Positions 17,059-27,781 of a stretch of DNA of 31,162 nt are shown one piece after another. The position numbers and the translations under genes are program-made. The notes under the pieces were generated by a model. It had not been told where the DNA came from. It searched no databases and saw only the letters and a list, made by a program, of their open reading frames with translations. Positions within the stretch are counted from its first letter, which is position 1; every line of letters begins with the position of its first letter. The stretch spans positions 1 to 31,162 of the forward strand of contig JAINCQ010000024.1 of NCBI GenBank assembly GCA_036574205.1, read 5' to 3'. Source of the DNA: Elusimicrobiota bacterium (GTDB taxonomy: Bacteria > Elusimicrobiota > Elusimicrobia > Elusimicrobiales > UBA9959).

Positions 17059-18498
17059 TCATTCTATTATTATTCTGTAATCTTCCCAGACAAGCTGTGG
17101 ATCTGAGACTATCTTTACACTTCTATGGACATTCTTCTCTATAATATACTGTTTTTCCTTAAGCGCATCCATAACAAGAGGATGAACCACTATCCTCATA
17201 TTTCCGCCGGGTCTTCCCATCGTAAGATTCAATATGTCTCTTTGAATTTTTATTCTCAAACTATCTATGGAGAGAACTTTTCCAGAGCCATGGCATTGAG
17301 GACATTCTTCAGTAAGCATATTAAATGTGCTTTCTCGTCTTCTTTCTCTGGTCATTTCTATAAGTCCAAGACGGGTTATCGGCAATATTTTTATCTTGGC
17401 TCTATCATTGCTGACAGCATCTTCAAGCGCTTTCATAACTCTATGTCTGTTAAAAGCTTTTCTCATATCTATAAAATCTATCACTATTATTCCCCCGATA
17501 TTTCTAAGCCTTAGCTGCCTTGCTATCTCATAGGCAGCTTCTATATTAGTCTGAGTCACTGTTTCTTCCTGGGATTTATCGCCTATATATCTCCCGGTAT
17601 TGACATCTATAGCGCACAAAGATTCAGCTTCCTGTATTATTATACTGCCACCGCTTGGAAGCTCAACTTTAACTTTCCTGAGTTCATCTATTTCCTGCTC
17701 TATGTTAAAAGCCTTGAAAATTGGGGTTTTTGAATCATAATATTTTATTTTATCCTTAAACTCAGGTGAAATTTTAGATACAAAATCAAGTACGTTATAA
17801 TAATCTTCCCTGTTATCAAGAAAATATACAACCACATCTTTGGATAATATATCTCTTGCTACCTGCAAGGTTATATCCATATCTTTATGAAGAAGGTAAG
17901 GAGCCCGACTGGTTTCATATTTTCTTAAGATGCTCTCCCATAATCTTATAAGATACTTATACTCTTTTTTTAACTCCTCTTCGCTTGTTCCTTCCGCTTC
18001 TGTTCTTACTACACACCCGTATTTTTTAGATGAATCAACAATATCAGTTATAATTTTAGATAGTCTTTCTCGTTCAGAATTATCTTCTATATTTTTTGAC
18101 ACTCCAACATGTTCCTGAAATGGGGTCAAGACTATATATCTACCGCATAAGCTTATATCCATTGTAACCTTCATCCCCTTTGTGCTTATCGCGTCTTTGA
18201 TAATCTGTACCATTACCTCCTGACCTTTCTTTAATACATTGTCTATCCCACCCCGGGTGTCGCCAATTACGTCTGAAACATATATATAAGCGTTTTTTTC
18301 AAACCCTATATTAATAAAGGCGCTTGATATGCCCGGGAGTACATTTTCAACCACTCCTTTATATATGTTTCCAACAAGACTTTCATTGTTGTCCCTCTTC
18401 CAGAAAAGTTCTGAAAGTTTTGAGTTTTCCATAACAGCTATTCTTGTCTCCTCAAAAGACCTGTTAGCATATATTTCCTTTTTTATTTCCTTTTCCAT
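17059..18498 (-). CDS. rng: Ribonuclease G / RNase E-G family
   Basis: GNIYKG.V S1 domain, AIDVNTG, LRLRNIGGIIVIDFIDM and the CPQC.G Zn-link; no long C-terminal scaffold. Confidence 0.93.
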   Translation of the reverse strand: MEKEIKKEIYANRSFEETRIAVMENSKLSELFWKRDNNESLVGNIYKGVVENVLPGISSAFINIGFEKNAYIYVSDVIGDTRGGIDNVLKKGQEVMVQIIKDAISTKGMKVTMDISLCGRYIVLTPFQEHVGVSKNIEDNSERERLSKIITDIVDSSKKYGCVVRTEAEGTSEEELKKEYKYLIRLWESILRKYETSRAPYLLHKDMDITLQVARDILSKDVVVYFLDNREDYYNVLDFVSKISPEFKDKIKYYDSKTPIFKAFNIEQEIDELRKVKVELPSGGSIIIQEAESLCAIDVNTGRYIGDKSQEETVTQTNIEAAYEIARQLRLRNIGGIIVIDFIDMRKAFNRHRVMKALEDAVSNDRAKIKILPITRLGLIEMTRERRRESTFNMLTEECPQCHGSGKVLSIDSLRIKIQRDILNLTMGRPGGNMRIVVHPLVMDALKEKQYIIEKNVHRSVKIVSDPQLVWEDYRIIIE

Positions 18499-18507
18499 AA
18501 TCTCTCC

Positions 18508-19092
18508 TTATATTATTCTTAAAGTTTTCTTTGAATCAAGCCAATAAAGATTTTTTCTTATTATACCCTTTACATTAATACTCTTATCTAAACGAGTCAG
18601 AAAAGCTTCAGGTTTCTCTAATTTTTTCATATAAATGATAATCCTCTCTCCATTTTTTTTCACGTCACTTACAGAAACGACTTTAAAACATTTCTCACTG
18701 CAATTTATAGAATCATCTTCTTTAGCAAAAATTAATGGGCTTTCATCATCGGTTAAAATCTCATATTCAGCAATATCAACACATGACTCAACAGAAGGGA
18801 AATAAAGAGGTATTGTTTTAAATCTTAAAAGAGAATATCCTTCACAAATATTTTTATTTATTATAAACTTTATCTCTTCATCCTGAATCCTTCTAGAAAG
18901 ATAGATATCTACATATTCGCTTAAACTCTCATATCCACAAGGGATAGCTGGACCAAATGAAATCTTATTTTTTTGTAACTCGTTATCTGAAAAAGCGTTT
19001 CTAAACATATTTCTGAACTGCTCTACCTGCCGTAAAAAACCTATATCTTTTGCTCTTTTGTCTCTGGAAAAAACAAATCTATATCTTATCAT
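18508..19092 (-). CDS. DUF2344 / radical-SAM-linked protein, divergent
   Basis: RYRFVFSR N-terminus and KISFGPAIPCGYESLSEYVDI; typical position between rodA and rng. Confidence 0.7.
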   Translation of the reverse strand: MIRYRFVFSRDKRAKDIGFLRQVEQFRNMFRNAFSDNELQKNKISFGPAIPCGYESLSEYVDIYLSRRIQDEEIKFIINKNICEGYSLLRFKTIPLYFPSVESCVDIAEYEILTDDESPLIFAKEDDSINCSEKCFKVVSVSDVKKNGERIIIYMKKLEKPEAFLTRLDKSINVKGIIRKNLYWLDSKKTLRII

Positions 19093-20417
19093 CCTATAGC
19101 CATCCTCCTGGCATAAATTGACTCAACAATTCCAATTATAACAAGCGAAGCAACCATATTGCTTCCACCATAAGAAACCATTGCAAGTGGTATTCCTGCA
19201 ACCGGGAAAAAACCAAGTATCATTCCAAGATTTACAAAAAAATAACCCATAAATAAACCTGCAAAACCACAACATAAAAAATAGCCAAAATTATTCCTTG
19301 ATATAAGAGCTATTTTTCTTATCCTGTTTATAAAAACTATATAAGATGCAAAAATGACAATAACCCCTATAAAACCCATTTCCTCCCCAATAACCGAAAC
19401 TATAAAATCAGTATGTCTTTCAGGCACAAATCCAAGCCTTGACTGGCTTCCATGGAAAATCCCCTTTCCTTTAAATCCCCCTGAACCCAACGCAACTCTT
19501 GCCTGTATGATATTATATCCTGAACCCTTGGGGTCTTTGTCAGGATGTATGAAACTTTCTATTCTTTTATATTGATAATCCTTTATCTGATTTTTGACAA
19601 ATATACCGGAAAGATAGCCACTTACAACAATCAAAAAGATCATAACCATATAGCTGAAATGTATCAAAGGATTAAGCTTATGAAATATCTTCCATAAAAT
19701 AAACATAAGTACTGCAAGAATAATTATGAATATCAGACTGTTAAAATTAAAATATGATATATCATAAAGAAACTCTATAAATTGATTATTTAAAGAATTA
19801 GGATATAAATTAACAATAACCCCAATAAAAGGAACCAAAAGCATTATCAAGATATAGGTACCAAAAGCATAAATATATGATAAATTAACACCCGCAACTA
19901 TAAACATTACAGCTATCGGAAAAATAGTTATCATCACACCTGAAAAATCAGGTTGCTTCATCATAAGAACAAAAAATGGAAGAGAGATAAACAAGGCCTT
20001 AATTATACCACCAAGATTTTCAAGCGCATCGCGATTTTTAGAAAGATATGAAGATAAAACTACAATTAAGGAAATTCTTGCAAACTCACTTGGCTGTATT
20101 GAAAAAAAAGGGAGCCTGAACCATGATCTTGAACCCTTGTCAACAACACCAAAGATAAGAACAAGGACAAGTGTTATAAGAGCAAAAATATATATTTTGT
20201 AGGAATATTCATCAAGGATATCATAATCCAGAACCCACATTAATAACATTCCTAAAAAACCTAAAAAAATAGCTAAAAAGTGAGTTTTTATTATCCTCTC
20301 TTTGGAATAAAGCATTATTGTAGAGGATGTTATTGCAATACTACCAATGATTATAAGAATACCGACAAATATAAGAAGAACCCAATCAAACTTTTTTTTC
20401 CTTTCAACTGTTATCAT
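19089..20417 (-). CDS. rodA: Rod shape-determining SEDS glycosyltransferase RodA
   Basis: GSRSW, IQPSEF, QPDF, PERHTDFI, EEMGF and SYGGS; follows mrdA. Confidence 0.95.
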   Translation of the reverse strand: MITVERKKKFDWVLLIFVGILIIIGSIAITSSTIMLYSKERIIKTHFLAIFLGFLGMLLMWVLDYDILDEYSYKIYIFALITLVLVLIFGVVDKGSRSWFRLPFFSIQPSEFARISLIVVLSSYLSKNRDALENLGGIIKALFISLPFFVLMMKQPDFSGVMITIFPIAVMFIVAGVNLSYIYAFGTYILIMLLVPFIGVIVNLYPNSLNNQFIEFLYDISYFNFNSLIFIIILAVLMFILWKIFHKLNPLIHFSYMVMIFLIVVSGYLSGIFVKNQIKDYQYKRIESFIHPDKDPKGSGYNIIQARVALGSGGFKGKGIFHGSQSRLGFVPERHTDFIVSVIGEEMGFIGVIVIFASYIVFINRIRKIALISRNNFGYFLCCGFAGLFMGYFFVNLGMILGFFPVAGIPLAMVSYGGSNMVASLVIIGIVESIYARRMAIG

Positions 20418-22201
20418 TCTATTATCACATCCTTTTCTTCTTTTTCTTTCAAAGTTGAATCTTCATTAAAATAAGCTTTTATTATTTCTCTGGCTATTGG
20501 AGCAGCCGCAGTTGAACCATGTTCTCCATGTTCTATAAAAACACTTATGGCTATTGAAGGCATTCCATTCTTTTTAGCAAAAGACACAAACCAGGCATGG
20601 TCTTTTCCATGAGGATTTTGAGCAGTGCCTGTTTTCCCATAAACATCCACGCCTTTAACCGCACTTAGCTTTCCAGTTCCTTCACTTACGACCTTTCTCA
20701 AAGCTTTATATATCACATCATATGTTTTATCTTTAAGAGAAACTTTGGAAATTACACCTGGAAAGTTCTTTACAATGACTTTACCTTCAGGAGAAACTAT
20801 TCTATCAACATAATAAGGCAAATAAAATGTTCCATGGTTTGCCAATGCCATCATAAACATAGCCATACCCATTGGAGTTACGAGAGCCTCCCCCTGTCCT
20901 ATAGCCATATTAAGAGTATCTCCAATAAACCAATATCCCTTACTTTCCATTCTTGAGCGAGGACCAAATATCTTCCCTGCTTTTTCAAATGGAAGATCTA
21001 TTTGAGACTTTTCATTTAATCTCATTTTTTTGGCTATCTTTTCTATTTCATAAGGGCCAACTGTGTAACCAACATTATAAAAATAGACATCGCATGAATG
21101 CGCAAGAGCGTCAATCATATCCAGATTTTTATGTCCTTCTTTTTTCCAGCATTTAAAAATTCTATTTCCAGCATCATAATACCCGGGGCAATAAAACTTT
21201 GAGTTTTCATTTAATTTTCCGCTTTCAATAGCCGCAATAGCACTAATTATCTTAAAGGTTGACGCTGGAGGATACAACCCGGAAATAGGTATATTAAATT
21301 CATCTATCTCATCAATCTTTTTTTCATCTCTATAAGAAGTAAAATAATTAAGATCATATCCAGGCTTTACAGCATAAGCTAGAACTTTTCCACTTTCGCT
21401 TTCAAGACATACGGCTGATCCTCTTTTATAAGGTAGTTTTGATAATGCATCCTCAGCAGCTTTTTGAACTTTATAATTTATTGTCAAAATTACATCATTG
21501 CCCTTTTCCCACTTCTCAAACCCCATTATTCTAATAACTCTTCCCTTATTATCTACCTCCATAAAAAGCCCACCGTTTTTGCCTTTTAAATAATCTTCAT
21601 ATTTTTTCTCCACGCCTGTTTTGCCAACAATAGCATCAAGGGGATAATTTTTTGAGAGATAATATTTTAAATCAGCATTGTCAATCTTGCCTGTATAACC
21701 AATAACGTGGCTTAAAAGATTACCATAAGGATAATCCCTTAAATTTTCTTCTATTATTTCAATCTCTGGAAATATATTTTTAATCTCATAAAAAAACATT
21801 GTCCTGTTAATGCTTAAATTATCTACAATTTTTATAGGTTTTAAGGTTTTTTGAGCCATCTGAATATTTTTATCTATATGCTCATATCTAACATTTAAAA
21901 GTTTTGAAATTCTTTTAGAAATATCATCAATATATTTTGAAGTGATGTTTTCCCTTGGGAAAAACATAACGCTGTAAGATGGCTTATTATGGGCTAAAAG
22001 TACGCCATCTGAACTTATAATATTTCCCCTTGGCCCCAGTTTTGATATTACCCTTATTCTATTTCTTTCCGATAACTCAAGATAATAAGAATGATTTATT
22101 ATTTGTATGTTTATAAGTCTTACAGCGAAAAAAGCAACTATTATATAAAAAAACTTATAGATATTATCCAATGCTTCCACTTTTTTATCGTAGTCTGACA
22201 T
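20414..22201 (-). CDS. mrdA: Penicillin-binding protein 2
   Basis: STFK, SCD and KTGTAQ motifs; N-terminal TM; lies in the mre operon. Confidence 0.95.
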   Translation of the reverse strand: MSDYDKKVEALDNIYKFFYIIVAFFAVRLINIQIINHSYYLELSERNRIRVISKLGPRGNIISSDGVLLAHNKPSYSVMFFPRENITSKYIDDISKRISKLLNVRYEHIDKNIQMAQKTLKPIKIVDNLSINRTMFFYEIKNIFPEIEIIEENLRDYPYGNLLSHVIGYTGKIDNADLKYYLSKNYPLDAIVGKTGVEKKYEDYLKGKNGGLFMEVDNKGRVIRIMGFEKWEKGNDVILTINYKVQKAAEDALSKLPYKRGSAVCLESESGKVLAYAVKPGYDLNYFTSYRDEKKIDEIDEFNIPISGLYPPASTFKIISAIAAIESGKLNENSKFYCPGYYDAGNRIFKCWKKEGHKNLDMIDALAHSCDVYFYNVGYTVGPYEIEKIAKKMRLNEKSQIDLPFEKAGKIFGPRSRMESKGYWFIGDTLNMAIGQGEALVTPMGMAMFMMALANHGTFYLPYYVDRIVSPEGKVIVKNFPGVISKVSLKDKTYDVIYKALRKVVSEGTGKLSAVKGVDVYGKTGTAQNPHGKDHAWFVSFAKKNGMPSIAISVFIEHGEHGSTAAAPIAREIIKAYFNEDSTLKEKEEKDVIIE

Positions 22202-22658
22202 ATTCTCTTCTTTTAATAAAAAAATTATTTAGTATATACATAAAAATCTCAAAAAAAACAAAATTCAAAAAAGGAGTGAAATCAATAAACTGCCATTTCT
22301 TTGGAAATCCATAAATTAAAGAATTTAATAAAAATAAAAATAGAATCAAAAAATAATTGGATACTACAAAATTGATAAATCTTGGGATGATAGAGGTTAT
22401 ATCAAGATTTTTTCTCACCCTTGAAAGTATAAAAGAGAAAAGCGAAAAAGCAAGGCAATGGCTTCCAAAAGGCAGGTTATAATAAAAATCAGCAAATATT
22501 CCAGAAAAAAAAGAAAAAGTTATAGCAGCAACCCCTTTTTTATAATAATTTACCCAGAAAACATATATAAAAATTATATCAGGGTTTAAATTTAAAAAAG
22601 AAAATTTATATGAAAAAATCCAGTGAAAAAAAACCATACTCAAATACAATAATATCAT
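22185..22658 (-). CDS. mreD: Rod shape-determining protein MreD
   Basis: Highly hydrophobic, with PD and G..AD...PFG motifs; located between mreC and mrdA. Confidence 0.8.
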   Translation of the reverse strand: MILLYLSMVFFHWIFSYKFSFLNLNPDIIFIYVFWVNYYKKGVAAITFSFFSGIFADFYYNLPFGSHCLAFSLFSFILSRVRKNLDITSIIPRFINFVVSNYFLILFLFLLNSLIYGFPKKWQFIDFTPFLNFVFFEIFMYILNNFFIKRREYVRLR

Positions 22659-22659
22659 C

Positions 22660-23478
22660 TTAAAACTCCATATCAGTTATATAAGGCTGCCAGTCTAATA
22701 TATAAACATAATCAAGCGACGATATATCAAAGCAATCTGCTTCTCCTTCTTTTGAAAAAAAATCAGAGCCAGAATTTTTATCAATTATTTTTCCAACTAA
22801 TAGAGAAGGTGGAAATGTTATAGAAACTTTTGATGTAACCAAATCATCCCCCAATTTAAAATCTCCGCTAACATATTTATATAAAAGATTCTTTGTTAAA
22901 TTTCCACTAATAAGTCCCCTGCTATTTTTTGTATCTGCTATAAAAGAAAAGTTGGAATTTGTAATTAAAATTATTTTTGAAAAATTTTTATAAACCTCAC
23001 TAACCCTGCCTATAATAAACCACTTACCAGCATTAAAAAAAAGAACCGGATTATAAATTTTCACTCCATTATCCATTCCTTTATCTACATAAATAAAAGA
23101 ATAGGGATTTTTGGGATTTATGGATATAATCCTTGAAAATCTTCCGCTATATGATATGTTTTTTTGAGCATTGATTAATTCGTTAAGCCTTTTATTTTCA
23201 TCTAAAAGAGTATTAAAATATATCAATTTTGAATTCAAATCGGAAATTTTTATCTCAAGTTCTTTTTCTTTTAATTTTGTATATAATAGAGATTTAATGT
23301 TACTGTCAATCTTTTCAAATTGGTTTATAGTTTTAATTGAAAAAGACGGATTAAATACAAATGAAAAAATCAATTTAAGATTATTTACAAAAACATCTAC
23401 TTTAAGTATCAGAAATAAAAGAGAAATAACAACAAAAATATAAAAGAGAAAATTGAATAACCTGTCTTTTTCTTCCAT
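22660..23478 (-). CDS. mreC: Rod shape-determining protein MreC
   Basis: TM, coiled coil ENKRLNEL, VDKG..NGV, IGRV and LVTS...FP...VG. Confidence 0.9.
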   Translation of the reverse strand: MEEKDRLFNFLFYIFVVISLLFLILKVDVFVNNLKLIFSFVFNPSFSIKTINQFEKIDSNIKSLLYTKLKEKELEIKISDLNSKLIYFNTLLDENKRLNELINAQKNISYSGRFSRIISINPKNPYSFIYVDKGMDNGVKIYNPVLFFNAGKWFIIGRVSEVYKNFSKIILITNSNFSFIADTKNSRGLISGNLTKNLLYKYVSGDFKLGDDLVTSKVSITFPPSLLVGKIIDKNSGSDFFSKEGEADCFDISSLDYVYILDWQPYITDMEF

Positions 23479-23496
23479 ATAACCCGCTGACTGTTC

Positions 23497-24528
23497 TTAT
23501 TTATAAAATGGCACGGATGAAACCTTGACTTTATCAAGTATCTCAAGGTATTTTCCACATCCTAGCGCCACACAGCTCAACGGGTCGGCAGCTCTATGAA
23601 CAGGAAGTTCGGTTTCCTGTCTGATAAGCTCGCAGAATCCTTTCAACAGAGATCCACCACCTGCAAGTACCATACCTCTATCTACTAAGTCCGCGGATAG
23701 TTCGGGAGGTGTTTCTTCAAGAACCTGCTTTATAGAATCCACTATGAGATTTACAGGTTCCATCAAAGCCTGTCTTATTTCATCCGAGGTAACATTTACA
23801 GTCTTCGGCAATCCCTTTGACTGATCTCTACCTTTAACCTCCAATGTTACCTCTTCTTTAAGAGGGAAAACGGAACCTATTTTGATTTTCACATCCTCGG
23901 CTGTCGATTCCCCTATAACAAGATTATATTTTCTTCTGAAATACTGGATTATAACATCATCCATCTCATCGCCCGCTATATCTGTTGATTTGGCGACGAC
24001 TATACCCCCGAGCGATATGACGGCTATCTCCGTAGTTCCCCCGCCTATATCGCATATCATACTTGCGCTCGGTTCTGATATTGGTAATTCTGCTCCAATG
24101 GCTGCTGCCATTGGTTCTTCAATTAAATAAACTTCTCTTGCGCCGGCCTGTTGAGCTGATTCATGAACAGCTCTTTTCTCAACCTCTGTTATACCAGAAG
24201 GTATTCCTATAACTATTCTAGGTCTTAAAAGTCTTCTTTTTGTGTTAACCTTCTGTATAAAATATTTAATCATCTGATGGGTTACTTCAAAATCAGCTAT
24301 CACACCATTTCTCAAAGGTCTAACCGCCACTATAGTATTTGGAGTTTTTCCTATCATTAATTTAGCCTCGTTACCCACAGCAAGTACTTTCCTTGTATTT
24401 TTGTCTATTGCAACAACAGAAGGCTCTCTTAAAACTATTCCCTGACCTTTTAAATAAACAAGCGTATTGGCGGTTCCTAGATCCATTCCTATATCGTTTG
24501 AAAATATGTTAAATATTTTCTCAAGCAT
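23497..24528 (-). CDS. mreB: Actin-like rod shape-determining protein MreB
   Basis: [33 protein letters not shown] and LAGGGSLL. Confidence 0.98.
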   Translation of the reverse strand: MLEKIFNIFSNDIGMDLGTANTLVYLKGQGIVLREPSVVAIDKNTRKVLAVGNEAKLMIGKTPNTIVAVRPLRNGVIADFEVTHQMIKYFIQKVNTKRRLLRPRIVIGIPSGITEVEKRAVHESAQQAGAREVYLIEEPMAAAIGAELPISEPSASMICDIGGGTTEIAVISLGGIVVAKSTDIAGDEMDDVIIQYFRRKYNLVIGESTAEDVKIKIGSVFPLKEEVTLEVKGRDQSKGLPKTVNVTSDEIRQALMEPVNLIVDSIKQVLEETPPELSADLVDRGMVLAGGGSLLKGFCELIRQETELPVHRAADPLSCVALGCGKYLEILDKVKVSSVPFYK

Positions 24529-24532
24529 TTTA

Positions 24533-24877
24533 TCAATCCACTAATTTCACCATTGTAAGCAGGGAGTTATCACCTCTTCTATAACCAACATTTATAAGGG
24601 TAGTATACCCGGAAACTCTATCTTTATATCTTGGAGCAAGAACCCCTATCAATTTTTTAAAAGCACTTTTATCTGATATTTCACTTTTGAGTTTTAAGTA
24701 ATTATTTTTTTTGGCATCGTTAACTAATTTATCAAAAAAACGTCTTAATTCTTTTGCCTTTGCTGAGGTAGTAACTATCTTTTCGTTCATTATCAGGCTT
24801 GTCATCATATTTTTAAACATGGCTTTTCTATGAGAGCCAGTCTTAGAAAGCTTTTTATCTCCGTAACACTTAATCAT
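24533..24877 (-). CDS. rplQ: 50S ribosomal protein L17
   Basis: SHRKAM, I.TT.AKAKELR, GYT and RRGD; follows rpoA. Confidence 0.95.
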   Translation of the reverse strand: MIKCYGDKKLSKTGSHRKAMFKNMMTSLIMNEKIVTTSAKAKELRRFFDKLVNDAKKNNYLKLKSEISDKSAFKKLIGVLAPRYKDRVSGYTTLINVGYRRGDNSLLTMVKLVD

Positions 24878-24886
24878 TCTACCTCC

Positions 24887-25855
24887 CTATTTCATTCCAA
24901 GAGACAAACCCATCTCTTCAAGTTTTTGTTTAATTTCATCAAGAGACTTTTGGCCAAAATTTTTTACAGAAAGCAAATCTTCTTCAGTTTTTGACACAAG
25001 TTCTCTTATAGTTTTTATATTTGCTATTTTAAGACAATTACTTGCTCGCTGGGAAAGTTCTATTACATCAACCGGCTGATTCAAGATTTCTTCAAGCTCT
25101 AAGTCCTTAGATTCTTCTTTCTCTTCATTCAGATCAACCTTCAGTTCCTCTTCGGCGGAGAAAGGAATAATAGAATATTTCAAAAGAGCCCCTGCTCTAT
25201 CAAGAGCTTCTTTCGGAGTTATAGAAGAATCTGTCCAGATTTCTAATATGAGTTTATCATAATCAGTTTCCTGCCCAACACGCGCATTCTCCACTTTATA
25301 ATTGACTTTTTTAACCGGAGAAAAGAGCGCATCCATCATTATATAATCCTGTGGAAGGGTTATTGTCTGGCTAAGTTGTTCCGATGTAAGATATCCAACG
25401 CCTCTTGCAACTTCTATCTCAGCCTCAAATGTTGCGCCACTTTCAAGAGTCGCTATTTCAAGATTTTTATTTATTATTTCTACAGAAGATGGAGTTTTTA
25501 TATCAAGAGCTTTTACTACTTTCTTGCCTTTCTCTGATATATGAAGAGTCTGCCTGTCGGAACCATCCATCTTAACTCTAAGTTTTTTCAGGTTCATAAC
25601 TATGGAAAGCACATCTTCTTTTATCCCTTCTATAGTGGAATATTCATGCGTAACACCTTTTATCCTCACCGCTATAACAGCCGCGCCGTCTATGCTTGAA
25701 AGCAATACCCTTCTTAAAGAGTTCCCTATAGTATGCCCATAACCCTTTTCATATGGCTCTCCAACAAATTTAGCATAGTGCTCTGTTTCGCTCTTTTTTT
25801 CTTCCACCATGTTTATAGATCTTGGTATAATTATCTCTTTTAAAAAACTCGGCAT
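24887..25855 (-). CDS. rpoA: RNA polymerase alpha subunit
   Basis: GYGHTIGNSLRRVLLSS, DALFSPV, RVGQ.TDYDKL and NFGQKSL. Confidence 0.98.
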   Translation of the reverse strand: MPSFLKEIIIPRSINMVEEKKSETEHYAKFVGEPYEKGYGHTIGNSLRRVLLSSIDGAAVIAVRIKGVTHEYSTIEGIKEDVLSIVMNLKKLRVKMDGSDRQTLHISEKGKKVVKALDIKTPSSVEIINKNLEIATLESGATFEAEIEVARGVGYLTSEQLSQTITLPQDYIMMDALFSPVKKVNYKVENARVGQETDYDKLILEIWTDSSITPKEALDRAGALLKYSIIPFSAEEELKVDLNEEKEESKDLELEEILNQPVDVIELSQRASNCLKIANIKTIRELVSKTEEDLLSVKNFGQKSLDEIKQKLEEMGLSLGMK

Positions 25856-25873
25856 AATTTCCTCCTTTTACAA

Positions 25874-26482
25874 TTATTTAGAGTAGAACTCAACTATTAG
25901 TTGTTCATTAATTTTAGTTGAAAGTTCCGATCTTTCAGGAATTCTTGTTAATTTTGCGCAATTGGTGGCGGAATCATAAGATATATAACTTGGTCTCCAA
26001 CCCATTTTTTCAGTATTTTCAAGACTTTGCTTAATATAGATATTTTCAAGTAAAGCTGGAGTCTTTAAACTTACCTCATCGCCTTCTTTTAAAATATAAG
26101 ACGGAATTTTAACAATTCTTCCATTGACTTTTATATTGCCATGGTTTACCATCTGCCTTGCCATTTTTATTGAGGAAGCAAAACCGGCTTTTTTTACAAT
26201 ATTATCCAGCCTTAATTCTAGAAGTTTTAACATTGTCTCTCCAGTTCTTCCTTTTGCTTTTGAAGCTATATCAAAATATCTTCTAAATTGAGCTTCGCTC
26301 ATTAAATATGAGTTTTTCAATATCTGTTTTTCCCTCAGATGTTTTCCATAATCGGAAAGTTTCTTTTGCCTAAAATTTTTTCTTTTTTCCATTACGCAAT
26401 TTGAAAAACATTTATTTCCTTTCAAAAAAAGCTTTTCATTAAGACTCCTGCATTCCTTACATACCGCTTCAGTATATTTCAT
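25874..26482 (-). CDS. rpsD: 30S ribosomal protein S4 (Cys-containing, Zn-binding type)
   Basis: CKECR..LFLKG.KC...C, LREKQ, LELRLDN and IVEFYSK. Confidence 0.97.
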   Translation of the reverse strand: MKYTEAVCKECRSLNEKLFLKGNKCFSNCVMEKRKNFRQKKLSDYGKHLREKQILKNSYLMSEAQFRRYFDIASKAKGRTGETMLKLLELRLDNIVKKAGFASSIKMARQMVNHGNIKVNGRIVKIPSYILKEGDEVSLKTPALLENIYIKQSLENTEKMGWRPSYISYDSATNCAKLTRIPERSELSTKINEQLIVEFYSK

Positions 26483-26499
26483 AGTTTACCTCCAACTCT

Positions 26500-26883
26500 T
26501 TATACCCTTCTTGGTTTTGGCGGTCTGCAACCGTTATGAGGTATAGGAGTTATATCTTTTATTGCAACTATCCTTACACCACTATGGGCTATAGCCCTCA
26601 ATGCGGTCTCTCTTCCCGGTCCGGGGCCGCTGACAAAAACATAAACTTGTTTTAACCCATAAGACATAGCTTTTTCTAAAGCCTTATTCATCGTTATTTG
26701 CGCGGCAAAAGGAGTACCTTTTTTAGTTCCTTTAAAGCCATTTGCCCCAGCTGTAGACCACGCTATAACATTACCGTGATCATCTGTAATGGTTATTATT
26801 GTATTGTTAAAGCTTGAAGTGATATATATCCTTCCAGAACTTACATGAATATGTTTTTTCCTCTGGCTTTTCTTATCTTCCAT
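26500..26883 (-). CDS. rpsK: 30S ribosomal protein S11
   Basis: SFNNTI, TPFAAQ, GPGPGRE and [14 protein letters not shown]. Confidence 0.98.
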   Translation of the reverse strand: MEDKKSQRKKHIHVSSGRIYITSSFNNTIITITDDHGNVIAWSTAGANGFKGTKKGTPFAAQITMNKALEKAMSYGLKQVYVFVSGPGPGRETALRAIAHSGVRIVAIKDITPIPHNGCRPPKPRRV

Positions 26884-26901
26884 ATTCTCTCCTTTTAAAA
26901 T

Positions 26902-27309
26902 TTATTTTTGAGCTGGCTGAGCCTGAACAGTACTCTTTGTCACAGCCCCTACTGTTTTTCTCTTTCCTCTTCTTGTCCTTGCATTGGTTCTCGTCCTCTG
27001 ACCTCTTACCGGGAGGTTTCTTCTATGTCTTTGTCCACGATAGCACATTATTTCAACATATCTTTTTATGTTTGAAGCAACCTCTCTCTTTAGCTCTCCC
27101 TCTACCTTATAATTTTTGGAAATAACCGCATTTAAAAGACCTATTTCTTCTTCGGTTAAATCTTTAACTCTTTTTTCAGGATCTATTTTTTTCTCGAGAT
27201 CCACTTCAAGGATCTTTTTTGCCAATGGTCTTCCAATGCCATAGATATATGCTAACGCTATTTTTATCTTCTTATCTCTCGGTAAATCAACACCTACTAT
27301 CCTTGCCAT
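26902..27309 (-). CDS. rpsM: 30S ribosomal protein S13
   Basis: [16 protein letters not shown] and [14 protein letters not shown]. Confidence 0.98.
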   Translation of the reverse strand: MARIVGVDLPRDKKIKIALAYIYGIGRPLAKKILEVDLEKKIDPEKRVKDLTEEEIGLLNAVISKNYKVEGELKREVASNIKRYVEIMCYRGQRHRRNLPVRGQRTRTNARTRRGKRKTVGAVTKSTVQAQPAQK

Positions 27310-27320
27310 AAATATCTCCT

Positions 27321-27434
27321 TTATCCCTGTCTTTGTTTATGTTTGGGATTTTCACATAAAACTCTGACTATTCCTTTTCTTTTAACTATTTTACACTTCT
27401 CACATATTCTTTTTACACTTGACCTAACTTTCAT
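27321..27434 (-). CDS. rpmJ: 50S ribosomal protein L36 (absent from the ORF track, 37 aa)
   Basis: Hand translation gives [37 protein letters not shown], with CCCH Zn ligands. Confidence 0.97.
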   Translation of the reverse strand: MKVRSSVKRICEKCKIVKRKGIVRVLCENPKHKQRQG

Positions 27435-27445
27435 ATAAGACCTCT

Positions 27446-27667
27446 CTATTTTTCTCTAAAAATTATCCTTCCTTTTGTTAAGTCATACGGAGAGAGCTCC
27501 ACCTTAACCTTATCACCAGGAAGAATTCTAATATGATTTACTCTCATTTTTCCAGAAACAACGCCTAATATCGTTTTTCCAGGGCCAATTTCTACTCTAA
27601 AAGTAGCATTTGGCAAAGCTTCTTTGACAACACCATCTACTTCTATCTTTTCAAGATTATCTGGCAT
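27446..27667 (-). CDS. infA: Translation initiation factor IF-1
   Basis: [15 protein letters not shown]...[22 protein letters not shown]. Confidence 0.98.
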   Translation of the reverse strand: MPDNLEKIEVDGVVKEALPNATFRVEIGPGKTILGVVSGKMRVNHIRILPGDKVKVELSPYDLTKGRIIFREK

Positions 27668-27746
27668 AAATAGAAAAACAACCTCTCCTTATAAAGAACA
27701 TCTAAAAATAAAAACGCCATTTTATGAAAAAAAATGACTTTATAAT

Positions 27747-27774
27747 ATTATACAAATTTAATTTCAAATTACAA
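27747..27774 (-). promoter_or_regulatory. Putative sigma70 promoter of the infA-alpha operon
   Basis: The minus strand reads TTGTAA-N16-TATAAT in the intergenic region. Confidence 0.5.
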
Positions 27775-27781
27775 AATATAT

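Noticed and set aside
27704..27738. Minus-strand hairpin GTCATTTT/AAAATGGC followed by a T-rich tract in the infA leader (attenuator-like)
   Set aside because: The stem is weak and AT-rich with a wobble pair, so it cannot be supported without 3'-end mapping.
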